A DNA stretch of 64,000 nt from an uncultured Bacteroidales bacterium (GTDB taxonomy: Bacteria > Bacteroidota > Bacteroidia > Bacteroidales > VadinHA17), in NCBI GenBank assembly GCA_963734885.1, contig CAVTIJ010000008.1, forward strand, positions 129,693 to 193,692, given 5' to 3'. The notes beneath the pieces were generated by a model, which was not told the DNA's origin, searched no databases, and saw only the letters and a list, made by a program, of their open reading frames with translations. The translations under genes were made by a program, and so were the position numbers. Shown here one piece after another: positions 60,882 through 64,000 of the stretch (position 1 is the stretch's first letter; each line of letters opens with the position of its first letter).

Positions 60882-62125
60882 AACTTCTTCAAAAGACAAA
60901 CCGGACTTATTTTTTCATCTCAGCAACGGCATTTCTTATAGCCGGAGTAACATTCTACTTTGTCATCAGTTTCTTCTTCAGGGACCAGCTGAACGAAAAG
61001 CTGCGGCGTGACATAAAAAATATAACAAAGTCAATAAAAAGAGATGGGCACATACCAAATTTTTACCCTTTTTTCGAAATCAAAGAAGTCGCAAGTCTGC
61101 CTGAGTCACATGCAAAAACAATTGATACTCTGATCTCCGATGGTTTTGATATGAGAAAAAAAATTTACCGGCAGGTAAGTTTGACAACAATGATTAGCGG
61201 GAAGGAATATTATATTGCTGCCAGAGACACCCTGCTTGAGGAGGATGATCTTCTGGAGGTTATTGCGATGGTAACCGGGTCGGTTTTTATTCTGCTGCTG
61301 ATCTGTCTGTATTTTTTTAACAGGAAACTATCTCTGAAAATCTGGCAGCCATTCTACAAAACCCTTGATGAGCTCAGAGATTTTTCATACGACAAGCCCG
61401 GATTCAGGCTTTCTTCCAAAAGTGATCTTTACGAGTTCACCGAACTGAATACAACTCTTGAAAAGCTTGCACAGAAGGTGATTTCAGACTATCATACATT
61501 AAAAAGATTTACAGAGGATGCTTCACACGAAATACAGACTCCACTTGCAGTAATACAATCAAAACTTGAGTCGTTAATGCAGTTCCCGGATCTTCGAAAG
61601 GATCAGGCTGAACTTATTAACTCGGCTTATGTATATACTCTCCGGATTTCAAAACTTACCCGGACATTGTTGTTGCTTACAAAAATTGCCAATGATCAGT
61701 TTCCTGAAAAAAAAGAAATAAATCTATCCGAATTGATTGAAGAGAAACTTAATATGTTCGAAGGCCAGATCTCAGAGAAGTTGCTGAGAGTCAATAAAGA
61801 GATCAGTCCTGAATGTATGTTACAGACAAATTTTTTTCTTGCAGAATCTCTGACAATAAATTTAATTGGGAATGCGGTGAAGCATAACATTAAGGGAGGA
61901 ATGATTGATCTGAAACTTGACAGAAGCCATCTTGAAATTTCCAATAGCGGAGAAACCCCAACCGTAGAGGTTTCAAAACTTTTTGACAGGTTTTACAAAT
62001 CGGATAAATCATCAGATTCTCCGGGCTTGGGACTGGCTATTGTTAAGGAAATTTGCAGGCTAAACAAGTGGGAAATAGGATATGAGTACTCTGACAAACT
62101 ACATAAAGTTTCACTAACATTCTAG
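60878..62125 (+). CDS. Sensor histidine kinase
   Basis: 2 TM segments; ASHEIQTPL, NAVKH and GLGLAIV motifs. Confidence 0.95.
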   Translation: MKLLQKTNRTYFFISATAFLIAGVTFYFVISFFFRDQLNEKLRRDIKNITKSIKRDGHIPNFYPFFEIKEVASLPESHAKTIDTLISDGFDMRKKIYRQVSLTTMISGKEYYIAARDTLLEEDDLLEVIAMVTGSVFILLLICLYFFNRKLSLKIWQPFYKTLDELRDFSYDKPGFRLSSKSDLYEFTELNTTLEKLAQKVISDYHTLKRFTEDASHEIQTPLAVIQSKLESLMQFPDLRKDQAELINSAYVYTLRISKLTRTLLLLTKIANDQFPEKKEINLSELIEEKLNMFEGQISEKLLRVNKEISPECMLQTNFFLAESLTINLIGNAVKHNIKGGMIDLKLDRSHLEISNSGETPTVEVSKLFDRFYKSDKSSDSPGLGLAIVKEICRLNKWEIGYEYSDKLHKVSLTF

Positions 62126-62127
62126 CA

Positions 62128-62145
62128 CAGAATTTTTACAGAATT
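62128..62145 (+). promoter_or_regulatory. OmpR-type direct repeat box (CAGAATT x2, 11-bp period)
   Basis: CAGAATTTTTACAGAATT upstream of the PepSY-like gene. Confidence 0.65.
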
Positions 62146-62185
62146 GATCTTTATCTTGCCAATCATAAAACCAAAAATATAAATT

Positions 62186-62653
62186 ATGAAAAACTTAATA
62201 GTTCTTGTTGTTGTATTGGCATTTATTTCTTTTCCGGCTTTCAGTCAGAAGAATCCTCCGGATATAGTCAAAAAAGAATTTTCGAAAAAATATTCCGCAG
62301 CGCAGTCAGTAAAGTGGGACAGTGAAGAAAAAAATGAATGGGAAGCAGAATTCACAATGGATGGCAAAAAAATGTCTGCAGCTTACGATAATTCCGGGAA
62401 ATGGATGGAATCAGAAACAGCAATTGCTGAAAAAGAGCTTCCGGAAGCAGTGACAAATACTCTGAATAAAGAATATCCGGGCTATAAAAAAAGCGACATC
62501 TCAATATTCGAGGACTCTAAAAATAAAGGATTTGAATTGTCGTTGAAAAAAGGAGAAGTTACTGTTGAGGTCGTGATTGACAATAGCGGAAAAATTATCA
62601 AAAAGAATGAACTGAAAGAAGAGGACGAAAAAGGAGAGAAAGGAAAGAATTAA
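62186..62653 (+). CDS. PepSY-like (BLIP-like, DUF2874) periplasmic protein
   Basis: Signal peptide; P..V...F..KY, WEAEF and LP.AV...L...Y repeats. Confidence 0.85.
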   Translation: MKNLIVLVVVLAFISFPAFSQKNPPDIVKKEFSKKYSAAQSVKWDSEEKNEWEAEFTMDGKKMSAAYDNSGKWMESETAIAEKELPEAVTNTLNKEYPGYKKSDISIFEDSKNKGFELSLKKGEVTVEVVIDNSGKIIKKNELKEEDEKGEKGKN

Positions 62654-62671
62654 TTTTAGTGGTTATTTAAC

Positions 62672-62699
62672 AAAAAACCGGACTAATAATCCGGTTTTT
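62672..62699. terminator. Bidirectional terminator
   Basis: AAAAAACCGGA-loop-TCCGGTTTTT. Confidence 0.85.
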
Positions 62700-62719
62700 A
62701 CGTTTGATAGTTACACATT

Positions 62720-63490
62720 TTAAGGCTTGATCTTTTCAAACAGGGAAGTCAGTTTGTTTCTGTAGATTTCAGAAATCTGTGATTCGTGCTCTCCGATAGG
62801 TTTCACCGGGATTAGATTCATGACCTCCTGTGCAGGTAAACCTGATTTGAACATCAGTTTTATTGACGCAATCAGAGTATCGTTTATTGAATCATTACTC
62901 TCTTTTTCAGAGAGTCCGATTTTTTGTCCGATATCCGCCAGTTCTTTCCATTGAAACCAGAAATATGTTGGAAGCATGGCTGACATTATTGCATAGCTTT
63001 CAAGTTTTTCTTCAGAAACATCAAAAGTATTTCCCATAAGATTCAGCAGACCGAGAACCAAATGTTTTTCATTTCTGTTAAACTCCGGGGAAAAGCAAAC
63101 AGGATTATACCCTTCATTAATATATGATGTAGCATTTGGGATTAACCTGGCAATGTTTTTAGTCCGGGTCAGTTTTGATGATATTTTCCCAATAGTGATT
63201 TTGGGAGCAAGAGATACAACAATTGAGTTATCGTTTATGCTGTCTTTTATAAGCTCAAGAGTGTCCATTATAACAGGAGGATGAAGGGATATGAAGACAA
63301 CATCCTGGGAAGCTGCAACAGATGCATTATCAAGCTGAATATCAGGAAAAGATTGTTTCAGACTGCCACAGGCGCCCTCGTTTGGATCAGCAACTACAAT
63401 TTTACTGAATTTGGCATTTTTATTTTTAAATGCCTGGAGAAGAATTCTTGTCACTCTTCCGCCACCGATAAAACCAATTGACTGTTTCAT
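62720..63490 (-). CDS. Pyrroline-5-carboxylate reductase-like NAD(P)-dependent oxidoreductase
   Basis: IGFIGGGR Rossmann motif and RLIPN; divergent from canonical ProC. Confidence 0.75.
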   Translation of the reverse strand: MKQSIGFIGGGRVTRILLQAFKNKNAKFSKIVVADPNEGACGSLKQSFPDIQLDNASVAASQDVVFISLHPPVIMDTLELIKDSINDNSIVVSLAPKITIGKISSKLTRTKNIARLIPNATSYINEGYNPVCFSPEFNRNEKHLVLGLLNLMGNTFDVSEEKLESYAIMSAMLPTYFWFQWKELADIGQKIGLSEKESNDSINDTLIASIKLMFKSGLPAQEVMNLIPVKPIGEHESQISEIYRNKLTSLFEKIKP

Positions 63491-63576
63491 AAGGTATAAT
63501 TTGGGTTAAACTTTAACATTATTCCAATTCTATTTTCTTATCCGTAATTTTTAGTCCCGATCAAAAAGTCCACCAT

Positions 63577-64000
63577 TTAAATAGGTTTTATACCTTTCTG
63601 TTGCAGCACTTTAACTAACTCAGCCTCAGGAAAGAATCCTTCATGCCTGAAATATTGCTTTCCGTTTTCATCAAAAAAAAGCTGCGTAGGGATAGCTGAA
63701 ATTCCATATTTAATACCAAAAGGTTTGCCTTCATCGGTCCATACATCATAGAAAATAACCTTTACATCTTTGGAATATTTAGCTTCAACAGATTTCATAA
63801 CAATTTGCATCTGTCTGCATGGTATGCAGCTAACAGAGCCAAATTCGATAAAAGTAACTTTGTATTTTTTCTCAGTCGGAGATGCTTATTGAAGACAATC
63901 CAGAGTCCTTTGCCTTATCGGTAATGTTTGAATTTTGACCACAGGATAACGTAAAAAAAAGTAGCCCCGGAGCCAAAATGGTCAAGAGTACTTTTGTTTC
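63577..64000 (-). CDS. Thioredoxin-family lipoprotein; 5' end beyond the window, apparent frameshift near 63885
   Basis: Upstream frame reads ...LLFFTLSCGQN (lipobox). Downstream frame reads KVTFIEFGSVSCIPCRQMQ...IPTQLFFD...RHEGF. Confidence 0.8.

Overview
A 64-kb AT-rich chromosomal window from a Bacteroidota bacterium, probably Bacteroidales. The evidence is TAnnTTTG promoters, many SCKK-type lipoproteins and typical gene order. It is mostly housekeeping DNA and appears to lie near the replication origin. It holds the start of an alternative complex III operon (actA, actB), a creD locus, lspA, a polyprenyl synthase, pfkA, uvrC, ade, the TPR-DUF4292-envC-rsbW-like-ybeY-mnmG operon, pheS, ruvB, nadA, rpiB, hemW, nfo, mntH, pdxH, a GH20, a lipoprotein cluster and an OmpR-type two-component system. 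There are two parS sites and a candidate oriC between nadA and rpiB. I found no rRNA, tRNA, CRISPR array, transposase, integrase or prophage gene. The most notable observations are: (1) a 464-bp non-coding IS4/IS231-like cassette with terminal inverted repeats and a 10-bp target duplication, carrying a multi-hairpin element that is duplicated exactly next door; (2) a SAM-methyltransferase/ATP-grasp ligase fusion with a perfect 32-bp palindrome just upstream; (3) an 8-residue-periodic D-S/T array in ActA that may be O-glycosylated; (4) a decayed dut remnant; (5) several families of intergenic palindromic repeats; (6) three single-base frameshifts (pheS, ade, a thioredoxin) that are probably sequencing errors. 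All calls were made by eye, with no database searches.
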